From: Psilocybe cubensis
Taxonomy: Eukaryota
Assembly: GCA_017499595.2 (NCBI GenBank)
Contig: CM039002.1
Span: 2,852,001-2,916,000, forward strand
DNA: 64,000 nt
Reading direction: 5' to 3'
Below, piece after piece: positions 11,504 through 25,570 of the stretch. Every line of letters begins with the position of its first letter. Position 1 is the stretch's first letter. The translations under genes were made by a program, and so were the position numbers. The notes below the pieces were generated by a model. It did no database searches. It saw only the letters and a list, made by a program, of their open reading frames with translations, and was not told the origin of the DNA.

Positions 11504-12771
11504 TCACCACATATTGCTACGCTTGACTCTCCTATGCATCCTATTCCTGTTCATCCTCCTCCTCAAACGAATGTTAGCAGTGACATGGCTCTCGCCCATA
11601 TTGGGCTTTCCGACATACGACTCTCCATCAGCACCAAATGGCGCAACCTGTGGGACGGTGATGTTGATGGTCGGCAATGGGACGTTGGCGGCGACATGAG
11701 CAAGATTGGGTAGAGCAGCGTTCGGCGCGGGGTCAGGAATGTGGGTATAGGAGTCGACAAAGATGTCCTCCTGGGCACCGTCGATGAAGTTGTATAGGTC
11801 GTTGTAGACCGGGGGCGAGTACGTGCCCTCGAACATATTGTTGCGCTCGTTGTTGAACCAGTAGAAGGGCTGCTTCGCACCGTAGGTGCAGTTGGCAGGG
11901 ACGTCCTGCAGCTTCTTGTTGGGCAGATCTATTCCGCAGCGACGGGGCAATTTAGACTGCGCCACTGGTGCGTTGGAAGTAGAGCCAGTGACGTTGCACC
12001 TGAATCCATTCATGTAATCTAAAATATTCACATCTCAGTGGAAAGGAACTCTAGGGGGATAAAATATCACGCACTCTCTTCGCCGCCACTCAAAGGCTGA
12101 TTTGGAAAATTAAAGTCAGACTATGATCATACAGACAAATACGAGAGACCTACAGAGTGTATCCAGAAGAAGGCACAGATACAACCACCTTCGGGGCAGG
12201 GAGGCATGCGAGCCGGTACCTGGAAATCTGTGTGTCTCGTCCAAACGCAAGTGTGATTCACGCTAAACACGGTAAAGTCCTCCGGTTGCACAGCTCTTGC
12301 GTCGTTCTTGTATGCGATAGCCAGGGCGCACCCCTCGAGATCGTCAAATCCATTGGTATGGTAAGCGGTGGTTGGGGAGTGGGGGCATGGGTCGTCCATG
12401 TTATTGGGATCCCGGATATCTCCTCCTTCAGAAGAGGCGAAGAAATCAGTGGCGCCTTTGTTGCACGCAATTTGTGCCGTCGCGGGTTTGCCAGCGGGGA
12501 GCTCGAAAATGTCTCCTGGGTTCGGGGGATAGTCAAGATGGTTGTGGAACCACCACTCTGTAAAATTCATGTTCTTGATAGGCGTAACGGGCCTATTATC
12601 GTAAGGAAAAGTCTTGTCCGTCACGTTGAAGCCGAACATGCTAGGATGCCAAAAGGCTGTTGGAAGTTTAGCAATCAACGACATCGTCCTGGACAAGAAA
12701 CCATGCTCACCAGAGTGTCCAGACACACGGGGAAGGACTGCAGTAAGCGCAAGAAATGCAATAGCCAACAT
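11504..12771 (-). CDS. Lytic polysaccharide monooxygenase, family AA14
   Basis: Signal peptide, then mature His1 ([15 protein letters not shown]), [11 protein letters not shown], a second His in AYHT, WIHS and axial Tyr in YMNGF, plus KQPFYW and GAQEDIF. These match the AA14 pattern as recalled from PcAA14. Three introns, including a 22-nt exon at 12075-12096. Confidence 0.93.
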
Positions 12772-14011
12772 CTCAAATAATGATGTCTAGTTTGGAATGT
12801 CAATAGGTGGTCTTCGTGAGAAGATTTGAAGTCGTGAAATAGTAGTAAATGTCCAAATTGAAAAAAGTACGTGCTAAGAAAAGAAAAATCAGTCTAAATC
12901 CACCTGTGGATATACAGCGTAAGTGTTCTGAACGCCCATCCTAGAGGCGTTTAGGATTATATATGAGGAGGCAACAATAAACAATCAGAACAATGAACCC
13001 GGATTCGAATTTCAGGGGCATGCAAGGCATTGTGTTACATAAGCACAATAAAAAAAATCTAAGCGGAGGCTATTTATAGTCATGGGCCGTTGCCATACAT
13101 CACTCCAGTGTTGTTTTCCGTTCATAGGAGTGGGTGTCCCAAACGGGAAAAGACCAAAAAATGGAGAGAAAAAGAGAGAGACTTGTGATGCTTTATTTTT
13201 GCTAAAATTGTGAAGAGAAATGACTTGAAAGTACTTTACAATATGTATGGATTGTCACAAACATAAATTTTGTAAAATACCGTGTGAAACAAGAGAGAAA
13301 TGGCCCATGTAAACATGTACCTTTTACTTTGTCTGTACTCTAACTTGCTCTGATATTTTTTACCTGGGTATTATTTACTTTATATATGATCCAGAATATC
13401 ACTCAAAGAGTCTCAAAAAATCAAACCAGGATGACCGTCGAGCATGAATTGAATATGGAAGTGCGCAAATGTGGCTGTGTTGCGGCACCTCGGCTGGCAG
13501 ATAACATTGGGGGTGGCAGATAAGATCCATACGTATTCTACTGATTTGACAGCACTTACTCAAATTTTAAAAGCACTTCTGTGTATATACACTCTTAACA
13601 TACTTGAATACATTTTTCATTGCAATCCATCCGAGGTTTTATAGTGAAAAGTGTGAAAAGAGTAAGGTCGGATTCTGCCGGGCAGATAACATGGCAGATA
13701 ACATACACTCCTATGATCGGTAAACCTAGGCCTTCGTTCTCGATTTCACCCCTCACAAATATACTAGAAATATGCTCCTCCCGATATTCTATGGCCATCG
13801 CTAGCGCGGCTGGAAGTCGGGTGATTGACAATGATCTGACGCATATTCCGGCGTACTCGCCCATGCTTCCTAGAGAGTGCACATGCGTGTGCCAAGGAAA
13901 AGTAGCTCATCCGACGAATATAAAACCAGAGCTTCAGTCGATGTTCGATTTTCAAACTTACCGTATTCAAATTCTCAAACTATTCTTCACGAAGCTTTAA
14001 CGAAACCTACC

Positions 14012-14887
14012 ATGATTTTCGGAGGCGGCCTCAGCCTCGTCTATACTGCGATGCTCGCAGCACTCGCCTACGCATCTCCGGCCATGGACAGTGCTGACTT
14101 GCAAACTCGACAAGCAGTCGATAACATTGTCTACGTGACAAATGCTCAGGCGTTCTGGTAACTACATTAACCACATACAAGAAACTCTTTTTGCTCATTG
14201 TCAACATTTCCAGCATGATTGTTCCACGGTAAGATCGAGTGCTGGTTCAATAACTGTAGGATACAGAGCTTAGAGTTTCAAACGTTCAAAAGAAACCCAC
14301 ACACAAATATTGGCGACAGTGAAGTTCCCGGAGGAATGAAAACATACTGCTCCCCAGCAGGCCGTTACTCCCCCGATCAAGGCCAACTTCCTCCAGATTT
14401 CTGGAGCAACGTAGAATTCAAGACGGGAACTAGCTCAAGAGGAGCACGATTTGCTCAACGTGCGTTAACGTTCACTTGGGGCAATTCAACACCTAACAAC
14501 CCGCAGTGACTGGCTGCATACGCCCTGAGAAGCTCAGTCGACTCAATCCCAACGATCCTGGAGGCCAATACGACTCGAGCGGTGGTGCCGGTGGGCTCGG
14601 AAACCCACAAGGCAGCAAATGCTTAGGGCAAGTGTCCCCGTCTTTCAATCTCGCATATGCTCCTCACTTACGTTCTCTGCTCCTTTAGGTATAATCACTA
14701 TGTCGAACTCATCGAGCCAGCTGACCGCCGCGCATGTATCAAATGCTGCGATAACTTTGATGATTGCCCGCTACACCTGGGTTTGTTGATCTTCTTGAGA
14801 CGTCTTGCTTTGTATACTGATAAAACATTGCTAGATACTGCTGGCTGCCCACGTGTAATTCCTGGAAACTACTTTGACTGCAATTAA
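14012..14887 (+). CDS. Small secreted Cys-rich protein of the family often annotated 'macrophage-activating glycoprotein'-like
   Basis: Signal peptide MIFGGGLSLVYTAMLAALAYA. Spliced motifs FCMIVP, IGDSE, YC, QLTGC, GGQYD, GNPQG, CIKCC and GCPRVIPGNY. Confidence 0.8.
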
Positions 14888-15295
14888 GGTCTCCTATGAT
14901 TTGTGACGGACATTTTTGCCTTTTGAATGTTACGTTTTACGTTGTGAAAGAAAGACAGTATTCTCGTACAATAGTAGTAGCAGGTATTGAGTTGGACAAT
15001 TTGGACATCAGTGTACATTATGACAGTCATCGATTAAATAGCTTGACACAATTGCACCTTGAACTGACAACACCGGTTATCAAGCAAACGATTTCTAACA
15101 ATCCCCGAGCAGGTGGAGAAGTGGAGACAAGGAGAATATTCTCAGGAAGCTAGAATCAGGATCATAGAAGCCGGATGTATTTTTTGTCAACAAAATCCCT
15201 TCAAGAAAGTCAAGCAAAGCAGTAGCACAACAGACAAGTCAATGAACCCAGTTTGAGAAATTACGACAAGCACTCAGTCCAAAAGGAACAAACAA

Positions 15296-16865
15296 TCATC
15301 TTCCTAGAACAGATCCACTTTCTTCAACCAGTTTCTTCTTCGCAGCCACCAGAACATTGTCTCTGTCTTTCAGAACAAGATTATGTTTGTTGACAGTTTC
15401 GTGCAAGCAGCCATATAACCTGAGCTTGACGCTAAAGGGGATAAAGTGGTTATATTTATACGAGAAGAGACGGCATACCTGACATGCTCCTTGACCTACC
15501 CCTGAAGATTAGTTGAAGCATAGGGTACGATGTGTGGTTGACTCACGTAGTCCAAGATTTTATAATACTTCGAGGCGACTTCTGGCGGCCGAAGGCATCA
15601 GAAAAAAAGACAGGGAATTAATGATTGACGAGGTAAAAAAGACAAACCGTTTGCGCCTGCTACCCATTCTTCCATAGTACAATTGGTCCATTTGTTTACC
15701 AAATCATCGTAAACTTTCATATGCTGCGTTAGGTATAAATCTGGGTCCTGACCAAGGAGCTTAGTGAATGGCTTCATCTCCTCTGGTTGATGATCTTCGA
15801 GATGGGATGAATGAAAAGCATGCGTGTTAGGTTGAGGGGGTGAGCCAGAGAAGTGGCGAGACTGCGAAGCAGAGTAAGCAACACGTTGGGAGATGGGACT
15901 CCTGTGAGCCTCCATATCAAGGTTGCGACGTTCCCCTGAGCGAGAAAGACCAGAACTGGGTCGCTTAGTACGAGGAGAGGCATTCGCAACACTTCTCTAC
16001 GAAAATTATTCAGTGACGTTTTCGGTGAGAAAAGATGCAAGGAGACATTTTCATTAGTGTTACGTTCGTTCTGCAGGGGCCTGAAGCGTTTCAGAGGGTT
16101 TTCGTATGCGTACTCTCCGTCATCGATGTCCGCTTCATCTCGACTACGTTTTCGATCATTTACCGCCCTGATTCTACCATCCGAATTAATTTCGTGACCA
16201 GTCAAAGAGATAGTGACATTGTTGGTGCGATCATCGATGGGTATCCGCCTCGGTCCAGCTTGATGGGATCCTGGAATAAATTTTATATCAGAAAAAGACA
16301 TCGAACCATCGTCCACGAGTTCACGATCCAGCATAGAGGAAGTTTCGGCTTTCATGGAAGCATCATTGGCGGTAGAGCCATCTGAAGCAGATATATGCGC
16401 GTCGTTATCGACAGATTTAGTACTATTGTTGCCATTGTCGACAAAAGTAGGGACTTTGAATGCATTAGAAGAGGAGCTGCGAAATAGCAGAGACGAGGGG
16501 TAGTTGACTTGTGGCGTAGGAGCCACTAACGGTACACGAGCCCTTGAGAAGTTTGAATTCAAATTTTGATATGCCTTTGAATACGGATCCGCCGTTCCAG
16601 GTCGTAAATGTGCGTTCTTCGGCGCTGAATCCATGGTATTGGAAGGATGAGACCTTTTTTTCGTGAGGCCGCTAAGACCATTTGTACCAGACCGTTGGCG
16701 AGAGAATATATCGTCGCTGTTACCGTTCAACATTCCACCAGATCCAAGAAACGATTCCTTTTTCGTTGGCTCTGCAGCTGCCTGCGAAGATGCATGCAGC
16801 GGATTTTCTGGGTCGGGGGTGAAGTGAGTACCCGATCCAGGGAGGAATTGTTGCCGTGCGCTCAT
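15296..16865 (-). CDS. ECM11 C-terminal domain-like protein
   Basis: Long disordered N-terminus from MSARQQF. The spliced C-terminus KWTNCTMEEWVAGANE...LVAAKKKLVEESGSVLGR* resembles the fungal ECM11 domain. Confidence 0.65.
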
Positions 16866-17498
16866 TTTGGGTCTTCTGTGTGGTGATTTAAAGTTGAAAA
16901 CAAGGCGAAGGAATGAGTCTAACCTCTGAGTGTGAGTACCAGCTTTAGGCTCGTACTCTGCCACGGCATGTTTCTATCTCCGCTCGGCATATCCTTTTCG
17001 CACTCCGATCAATGTTTGACCCGACAACTTGTGCAAATCCGGTCCCTGCCTTATTCAGAAAAAAAAAGGACTTAGAGGCCTGGCCCGCGAGGCTAGGTTT
17101 ACTTGGAACGAAGCATACTTCATGTATGATATGTAACCACTATACAGAAATCTTGTTAACACAATGGAATACTGTCTTGGAACACGTGTCAGCGTGAATT
17201 TTTTATATTTCAACCTTTTCGCAAGGCATTTTATGAAATGGGGTTTCGCGATGGTGAGCAACAGCTCTAGAGCAATCACGCAAGAACGTTGTTAAAAACC
17301 GTCCAAAAACCAACATATATGTTCTGGCGTTATAGGGTCTGATTGTCTATGGCTCATTATTTAACACATGGTGATGGAGTAGGAGATAATACAGGAAATT
17401 AAAGCACTACGAGGTTTACAGTAAAGAATGAATCTGCGATGCGGTAGGAGTCCAAGATAAAAATAATGGTGGGGGGTACTAAAGTATTGTGATCCGTT

Positions 17499-20400
17499 CT
17501 AATGCTTACTGAGTCCTTGAAGGAGGACGAATTCATAGTAATCTCCTCTCTGGGCTATCAATTCATCGTGTGTTCCGGATTCGCTTACACGACCTTCCTT
17601 GATGAAGTAACTGGAGCAACATAAATTAGCGCACTTTCTGTAAACGTTGGAGGCGGACGTACATCTTATCAGCGTTCTGGATTGTGGATAGTCGGTGAGC
17701 AATGGCGATGGTTGTTCGCCCTTTAGCTGCCTGATCCAAAGCAGCTTGAACGACTTTCTCAGAAGTCGAATCAAGCGCAGATGTCGCCTATTGGGACGTC
17801 AGTAAAACGCAAAAATTCAATGGCAACATGCTTACTTCGTCCAGCAACAGAACTTTTGGATTTCGCAAAAGAGCACGAGCAATGGCAATCCGTTCTAGTA
17901 GGCAAAGTTCATGAGCTGGATAGCAAAATCTATGTGATAAAACATACGCTTTTGACCGCCAGATAGCTGTGAACCTTTCCCTCCAACCTCGGTATCAAAT
18001 CCTCTGTGGTGAGTAATTCAGTCAGTGTCTGCCTCCCTATGATCATGATATACGCACTGAGGGAGGCTCTGAATGAAATCAAGAATGTTGGCATCGCGAC
18101 ACGCATTTTCCAACTCCTCCTGTGTAACTTCGGACTGTGGTTTAATAGCTCCAAGAAGGATGTTAAACCTAATGGTGCCAGAGTACAGAGTCGGCTCTTG
18201 GGAAACCAGCGCCAAATGTTTGCGATAGTCTTGAACATTCAACTCAGATATTTTTTGGCCGTCCAGCTATAAAGACACATGAGCCCCTCGACGGGAAGAA
18301 AGCAAAAAATGATGTACGTAGACTTCTCCAGCCAGGGGATCGTAAAATCTTTCCATCAGTTGAATGCTAAAGGCACATCAGCACATACTCTATTGTCTCC
18401 ATGCGAAGCAAACTCACGTAGTACTTTTCCCCGAACCACTGGCACCAACTAGAGCAATGTATGTTCCTGGTTTGACGTCGAGTGAGAGCCCACGTAGAAC
18501 ACGAACACCGGGGCGTGTGGGATATCGGAAGTGAACGTCTTCGAAACGGATATGGCCCTCGATAGCTTTGCTGTCGACGTGAGTGCCGCTATCAGACTCG
18601 GCGTCGATATCTGGAACAGTGTCAAGGAGCTTTAGGATGTCTAAGCCAGCGCTTCTCGCTGAAGACACGTCGGGGACAAAGGAGAACAGATTGCCCGACT
18701 GGATGGCACTGAAAGTCGTGCTCTATTGTTGATTACATCAGTGTTCTCAGAATTGGTATCAGATTAACGCCAACATACCATCAGACCAACAAAGAAATGG
18801 AACAGGCTGACTTCCAACGTCGAAACAAGTCGTGAACCATACCAGAAGACAAGGGCAATCACGAAGAAGCTGAGTGCCTGTGTGAACCCATACAGCGCAC
18901 TACTCCAAATTGCCGACCTGTTTGATTTGCGCATGGGCTCCTCCAGACTTTCGCTGTATATCCGTAGACAGTCATCCTCCCTTGTCAACGACGCAACTGT
19001 CCTAATAGCTCCAGCGGCCTCACAGGCCAATTGAGCGGAATCTTCATGGGCCCTCTTGTTCACCTGATCTTTCAATACGACAACTCGCTGATAACCTGGT
19101 AAATATCACTGAGCGCGACAGCTGGCAAGGTACACATACCAGACGAATATATCCAACCGTGACGAGAGCCGGAGTACACGCTGTGCCAATGTAAACAACT
19201 TGCTGATGGCGATGATCATTATCAGGAGGGAGGGACGTACCAATTCCAACGAGGCCGATTTTCCAAACAAAGATAAGCCCCAGCAAAGATCCTGTGATTA
19301 GCGTCGAAAATGTCTGCACAAATGCGCCTAATGTAACTCCCGCGAGACCCTCGACTTTCTGTGGATTTTCACTTAGTTGTCCCACCAAGCTACCGGTCTG
19401 CATTGATGTGAGTGTCGTGTACATGACTCGAAAACGCTATACATACGCTATTTTCGTCCTTGTCAAAGAAAGCAACTTTTTCAGAATATCAGTATCTATT
19501 CTCCGGAAAGCAGAGATTTTCAAAAGCACTTACTATCCTGCCTCAGGATGGCTTTGAAACTGAGATTGCGGAGGCGAGCCGTCAAGCTGGCTGCAGCAGA
19601 ACCGAAGTAGAGATTCTGGGCGGTGATTGACATGCACGACAGGATGGCGATAATGAACAGCCTAGGTGTTGAAACGTCAGATATGCAACCTAGTCAAAGA
19701 ACATGTCAGAAAGTCTAACCAAAGCGCAGTTCTATCTCCTTCGTGCCTTCTGGCGGCATTATCGGTCAATGAGAATGCATCGATACCCTTCGCAAAAACA
19801 AGTCCGAACGCCGGGTTGACCATTCCAGTCACTATAGCACAGTTAATTAGGTATCCGAAAGGCGGAAAACATAGATATGGTTCTCACTGATAGCAGCGAT
19901 TGCACCCAGGCAATAGTTGAACCATTGGTCTTGGCCAAGTATTGCCATGCGTCGGAATATGAACATCAGTCCGCGACCATCGTCCTCGTCATCTTCCTTT
20001 GCCACCATCTTCCTTTGTCCAAGAATATCGCTCGCCAAAGAATGGTTGGTATTTTTACGAGCCAGGGGAATCTCTTTGTGCATGGCTTTTTCTGATTTAT
20101 CATCGTCCTGCTCCGAGTCTGCCTTTTCTTCACCTTCACGGAGCTTCTGGGCCTCTACGAGGCGCATGTAGGCGCCTCCCTTCTGGAGTAGCTCTTCGTG
20201 ATTTCCTGATTCCAAAACAAGGCCATCTCCCATGACGAAGATTGTGTCCGCATCTTTGACGGTCGAAAGTCGATGCGCAATGGTGATAGTCGTTCGGCCT
20301 ATATCAAATTACATTAGTGACCAGTCAAAAATACTAAGCAAACCGTCCAACGTACCTGCAGAAGCTTTATCCAAAGCGTCCTGTACAACCCCTTCAGATT

Positions 20401-22667
20401 GCGTGTCTAAGGCACTGGTCGCTTCATCCAACAACAACACCCTGGGATCAGAGACAATGGCTCGGGCGATAGCGACACGCTGTTTCTGACCACCAGACAG
20501 AAGCAATCCACGTTCACCCACAAATGTGTCGTAACCGAGAGGAAGCTGCGAGATAAATCCATCAGCGTTGGCCTTGATACACGCTTCCTTGATGAGAACG
20601 TCTTTCTCCTCGTCGGAAGCATGCTCGAATTTGGTGCCGATTAGCCCGTGCGCAACGTTTTCTTTCACGGTAGTGCCAAACAGAGTGGGTTCCTGGGACA
20701 CCAGTCCAATTTGTGAGCGAAGCCATTTGACGTTGAGGGTTTTGAGGTCATTGCCATCGAGTTTGACAGATCCACTTGTAGGATCGTAGAATCGTTCAAC
20801 CAAGGAGACAATGGTAGACTTCCCCGAGCCAGAGGCACCGACCAGAGCGGAAGTCTTTCCAGCTCTGAATGTGATGGAAAGTCCTTTGGCGACCTCAATG
20901 GTCGGGCGTGAAGGGTAACTGAATCGAACATCTTCAAGAGTGATTTCACCTTCCACTCGCTCGGGTTTTAGTCCACCGGGATTTGCCGAATCGATACTGG
21001 GAATTCTGTCGATGGTTTCAAACAGTTTCGCTGCGGCACCTCGTCCATTATTAACCGCTAGATCAATGCATGAGCATGGTTAAAAGTGAATGTCCATAAA
21101 TCAATCGAAACTTACCCTGCAACTCTGGGGAGAGTAATGCAAGAGAAATCGAGCCGATTAAAATAGACATGAACACATTAATTGCAGCTCCTCCAGTGAC
21201 TAGTTGTCAGAAGGAAAGAAATCGCGATTGAGTAAAGCAACACTTGGACTGAATCAAAAATATACTGACTGTGACCCTGGTTGACCAGTGTAGTTCCGAA
21301 ACTGAATGCTTTTGTTGTCGTCAGCAACGGTCTCTATGAGCAAAACAACACTCGAACAGCGTACCCAGTCCATATGCAGCATAAAGAATAAAGAAGAATG
21401 CACCGAGACTACCTCCATTTGCAACAGAAGCTTTCATGTCAACCTTTAGCGCTTTCTGTATGTCCACGCTATATAGAGCTGCCAGGATGTTTTGAGTTCC
21501 AAAGGCCTGTGCAGTTCTAACAGTGGATATGACTTCTTCCGCGAAGCTCCCTCCTTGTGCAACGTGCTTCAGCGAATTTCTATAGATTTAGGCACTTAAA
21601 AACGATAAAAATGGAATTTGAAGACATTGAAGGGACTTACTGCTTGTACCTCACAGCGAAAACGGTTAACACTGTTCCCGCCACTGCAATGCATGGTAAA
21701 ATGGAGCTCACAGCGAGAGCTAAACGCCATGATTTTGCGAAGGCCAACGCAAAGCCAGCCACAAAGGCTCCGGCAAAATTAGCTACTAGGGCAACCTTCT
21801 CAGATATGCCTTGTTGCACTAGGTCTAAGAGGATCGTTTTATGTTAAGAACGAGAGGATATAAGAGACATAGATACTGACGGGTATCTGTTTGAATCCGA
21901 GTGGCGACCTCTCCCGGCCCTACATGATCAAAAAACGCGATATCCTGACGCAATACTGCTTTAAGGTACAATTCTCGAATTCGCCTGGCGTTGGCTTCTC
22001 CTGTGTATATCCATATGTGCATAAAAATGTGGGTGCACACAAACATGCCAACGCCTGTGGAATATACTCAGACTATGATCTCATCAACGGGGACGATTCA
22101 ACGTACCAATGTACACCAAATAGCTTGCATTTTTGGCAGCAGCCTGACGAAAGTGAGCGGCGACTTCAGGTATCCTTTCCGCCGCCCCAGGAACGTGGTT
22201 ATTTGCTTGGTTAACTACCTGCGTAAAGCTCACAAAATCCTCCGTTAATCTTCCGAAAAGCAAGGTCATCAATGGCTAATTACAGACTTCAGTTGTGAAC
22301 ATATATCAGTGAGTTTCATCAAACTGCTCACCTGGGCGGCACCAGCAGCAACGGCTGCTACAATCCCAATACAATTGAGGAAAATTTCGAGCTTGGTTGA
22401 ATATCTAGGAATTGAGCTGCTAGTGAGTTGTATTCTCGATTAAAAGAATGCTTGAGCGTCATACCGGAAAAGTTGAAAGAATGATATAGGGGGCGCCTCT
22501 GGCTTCTTCTCGTCATCGCCAACTGTATTCACTGAGGATTTGTCTTTCTCCAGTACGGCATCACTATTGACTGCTTTGTGACCAAACAATCCTCTCCTTT
22601 TTGTTACCAGCTTCACATCAGGCTCGATAGCCTTCTCGTCTTCATGGCTAGTGTCCGACTTTGCCAT
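17499..22667 (-). CDS. MDR1: Full-size ABCB1/MDR1-type multidrug ABC transporter
   Basis: TMD-NBD-TMD-NBD layout: two Walker [45 protein letters not shown] and [15 protein letters not shown]. Many GT-AG introns; no disruption seen in the junctions checked. Confidence 0.95.
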
Positions 22668-23368
22668 CCTGGATGTCAAAAATGCAAAGTGGCTGGATTA
22701 GACCAACGATATAGCGTCTCTGAGAGGATTGAAGGGGATCGGGATTGACAGGGCCACATATCCCTGCTTTTTACGATCCTATATGTATCTTCACAGCCCT
22801 TGGCAATAGACATAAGGGACAAGTCAACAACGGCCCGACGACTTGCGTAATACACGGGCCACAACTCTAATTTTGAAGTCCGACATGCCTTGCCTTCGCT
22901 CACGAATGTTGGCGGCTTGGGAAGTATTGCGACATTATAACATTCAAGGTGATATACTGATCATATGTTCTACTTGAACGAGCAAGATATCTCCCACCCT
23001 AGATTTTCACTACGGAAAATAACAAGGTATAAAACGTTACCATCTTCCACTCATGGTAAGCATCAGATCTCATAGTTGCCGAATTCACCGCTGAGTCACA
23101 GTGCTTTGACAATAACTCGAAGAAGGCAGCGTATATGCTGGATTGTATCAATCAATCACCGCCCTATGTACTCGGTACATTTTCAACATGTGTACCCCAC
23201 GGGTGTTTAATTTTAACTACTGGTGTATACAAGCTGTAAACCTATCACTGTTTGATCCGTCTCGACGCGTATATAACACGGCATGAGTGAAGAAATAGTA
23301 CGACATTTGAAAGAAATTATGTGCGCAGCACTTATGCAGTGACATGCAGTCTCTCAGCGTATTAAATG

Positions 23369-25570
23369 TCAATAAACGTACTAGATATAGCGCGAGGTGG
23401 ATAAAACTTGGGTTAGTACGGCAGTTCGCTTGCATCATACAGCAAAAGAAAGTGACATACAATAAATTCTTCGTTTTCCAGATCAGTCAAATCATCGAAA
23501 GCATGAGCACCCATCGGCGAGATAATACCATGATTCTGCCGATTTTTTGCAGTGTCTATGGTGTCTATCATCGAATAATCAACGTTCTTTACGGCTGCGA
23601 AGAAATGAGGTAGATTAGGTGTCAATTGAGCGCTATGACAAAGGCTGACTGTCCAAACGCGCGCGTCTTTTCCTGTTGATGCCATTCGGGTGTCGTAGAT
23701 ATATCACAATATCACGATAGCATTGCTGGCACAAAAGCAAACGAGCATCGATACAATGTCAAGTGATTTAGATCATATGGGGATATGATTCGGATCTGAT
23801 ATGACCTTTACGATAGTATGGCTTGTCTTCAGGAGAAAGGAGGAGTGGCCCTACCTAGAATCGTGTCCAATTCTCCGCGTTGGTGGGTACAAAAAGATAC
23901 GGCTTACTATAGCTCGAGAATAAGATCCAGCTTCCATGAATACGATAGACTTACCAAAACGGTTTAAATTTAGCATATCAAGTATAATTTATTAAGTTGT
24001 TTCTTACAGAACACCTCTTTGTGTGGCCAGCTACATTTGAAGTATTGCAATTAATGACCATTGGATACGAAAGTACCAAGGAAGAAAATGCATAATACGA
24101 AAACAGTACCACGGGTTGGTCATGATCAGAATGACTGGTTCGAAGAAGGATGGCTTGAGAAAGAAACGTGTCAGTGTCAATGTCGGAATAGAAAGTCTGA
24201 ATAGTAAGCAACGTACTTGCCGAGGTAATTGGCAACACCAAAGCCGATATGATTAGGGCTGACTCCCCGAAAAAGCGGTAATTTATCCACTGTAAGCTCC
24301 ATTAGTTTTATTGTGAAGGCGGACTGATGGAATCCAACACAAACATGTCCACCAAGTATAAAAATGACCTGCAGTGCACCAAATAGTATCATAAGTAGCA
24401 TACCGTCATACCTCCCAATGAATGTCTGCATACAACTGTTAAACGGTAACAAAATTATCCATCGAACCCAACACCTTTGATAATGAGGCGACCGAAGGCT
24501 CCAACACCACAAGCAGGAACAGCTATTGTGAACGCAAGTAACATCCAAGCACCAGCCTTTTACATCTGAAAACATTTCGGTTACATGTTTTCCTTTGAAT
24601 GCTTTGGTTTCTAGGCCTTGTTGATTTACACGAAGCCGCTAATGATGTGTAAGCTTTAGCATGGCGGTAATTTTGAACTAGCCACATTGATGTCCGTACC
24701 TCAACAGCAATAACCTTCAATCTTGTCAGCAGAGAGAAAGTTACTACGGACAGGATTGTCCGGAAGGACCAAAAATCTGTAAACGATGGGAAGCCCGTGA
24801 GTAAGCAGAGACCGCATACGAGTTATACCCATCCGCAGCGGCTGTATAACGTATGAGAATAGTCCCACAAAAAAACGTCGTTGATCCCAGAAGGAGAAAA
24901 CGATCTGGTAAGTGAATAAAGTGGACGAAAGAATATGGACAAGTCCAAAAGTTATGATACTTCAAGTTCCAGAAATATTGGCCCATCCGTGACCAGAGTA
25001 CCAAACTTGCTCAAGCACCTGCATGAGACAAATCGCACCCACGACAAGGCGATATATCTCACCTGCAATGCGAATTCCTTGCTCCTGTCTGCGATGCCAA
25101 AATTAAATAATGTGCGTGAAAGAGGTCTGGAAAGAGGCCTCAAGCACTCCCAACTGGTGAGGCGTCAGGGTACGCTTCATCCACCTAGGCAAGAATTGAG
25201 AGCTCAAGAAAATTGGCTGATAAGCAGACCTGTAAAATTAGGTGCAGCAGACGTGCAAAGCAACGTAATTCCCCAGAAGGTCACGATTGCTAGAACATAA
25301 ACCAGAAGCATATGGAGTAGAAAATAGATTGTGAATAAGACTGGCAGAATATTGGAAACAAAGTTCTTTATGGTCAACATTTTGCGGTGCCTGAAGACCA
25401 ATGAAATCTTACCGATAGTCAATCTTGCGTAAGACACGAAAGTCTTCCTGAGAACTGATAGAATGACCATTCGTGTTATTCATAGGAAGGACGTGGAAGG
25501 CTTCATCTTTCCTAGAATTCCCATTCCCTGCGGATTTAATCGAATTTCCGGGTTTATCTTTGCCGTTCAT
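23369..25570 (-). pseudogene. Pseudogenised DAL5/allantoate-permease-type MFS transporter (tandem paralog of 26662-29122)
   Basis: Homologous to the neighbour (NVAGHTKR, AFDDLTDLENEEFI-YVY*). Lesions: in-frame TAA at 25103-25105 (II*FW versus IQFW), a +1 frameshift near 24550, loss of the DKQILSF...VKFRL segment, and an apparently lost first acceptor. Confidence 0.8.

Noticed and set aside
10980-13290. 12-bp inverted match GTTTCACACGGT flanking the AA14 gene, suggesting a Pack-type element
   Set aside because: The match does not extend and no TSD was seen, so it is compatible with chance.
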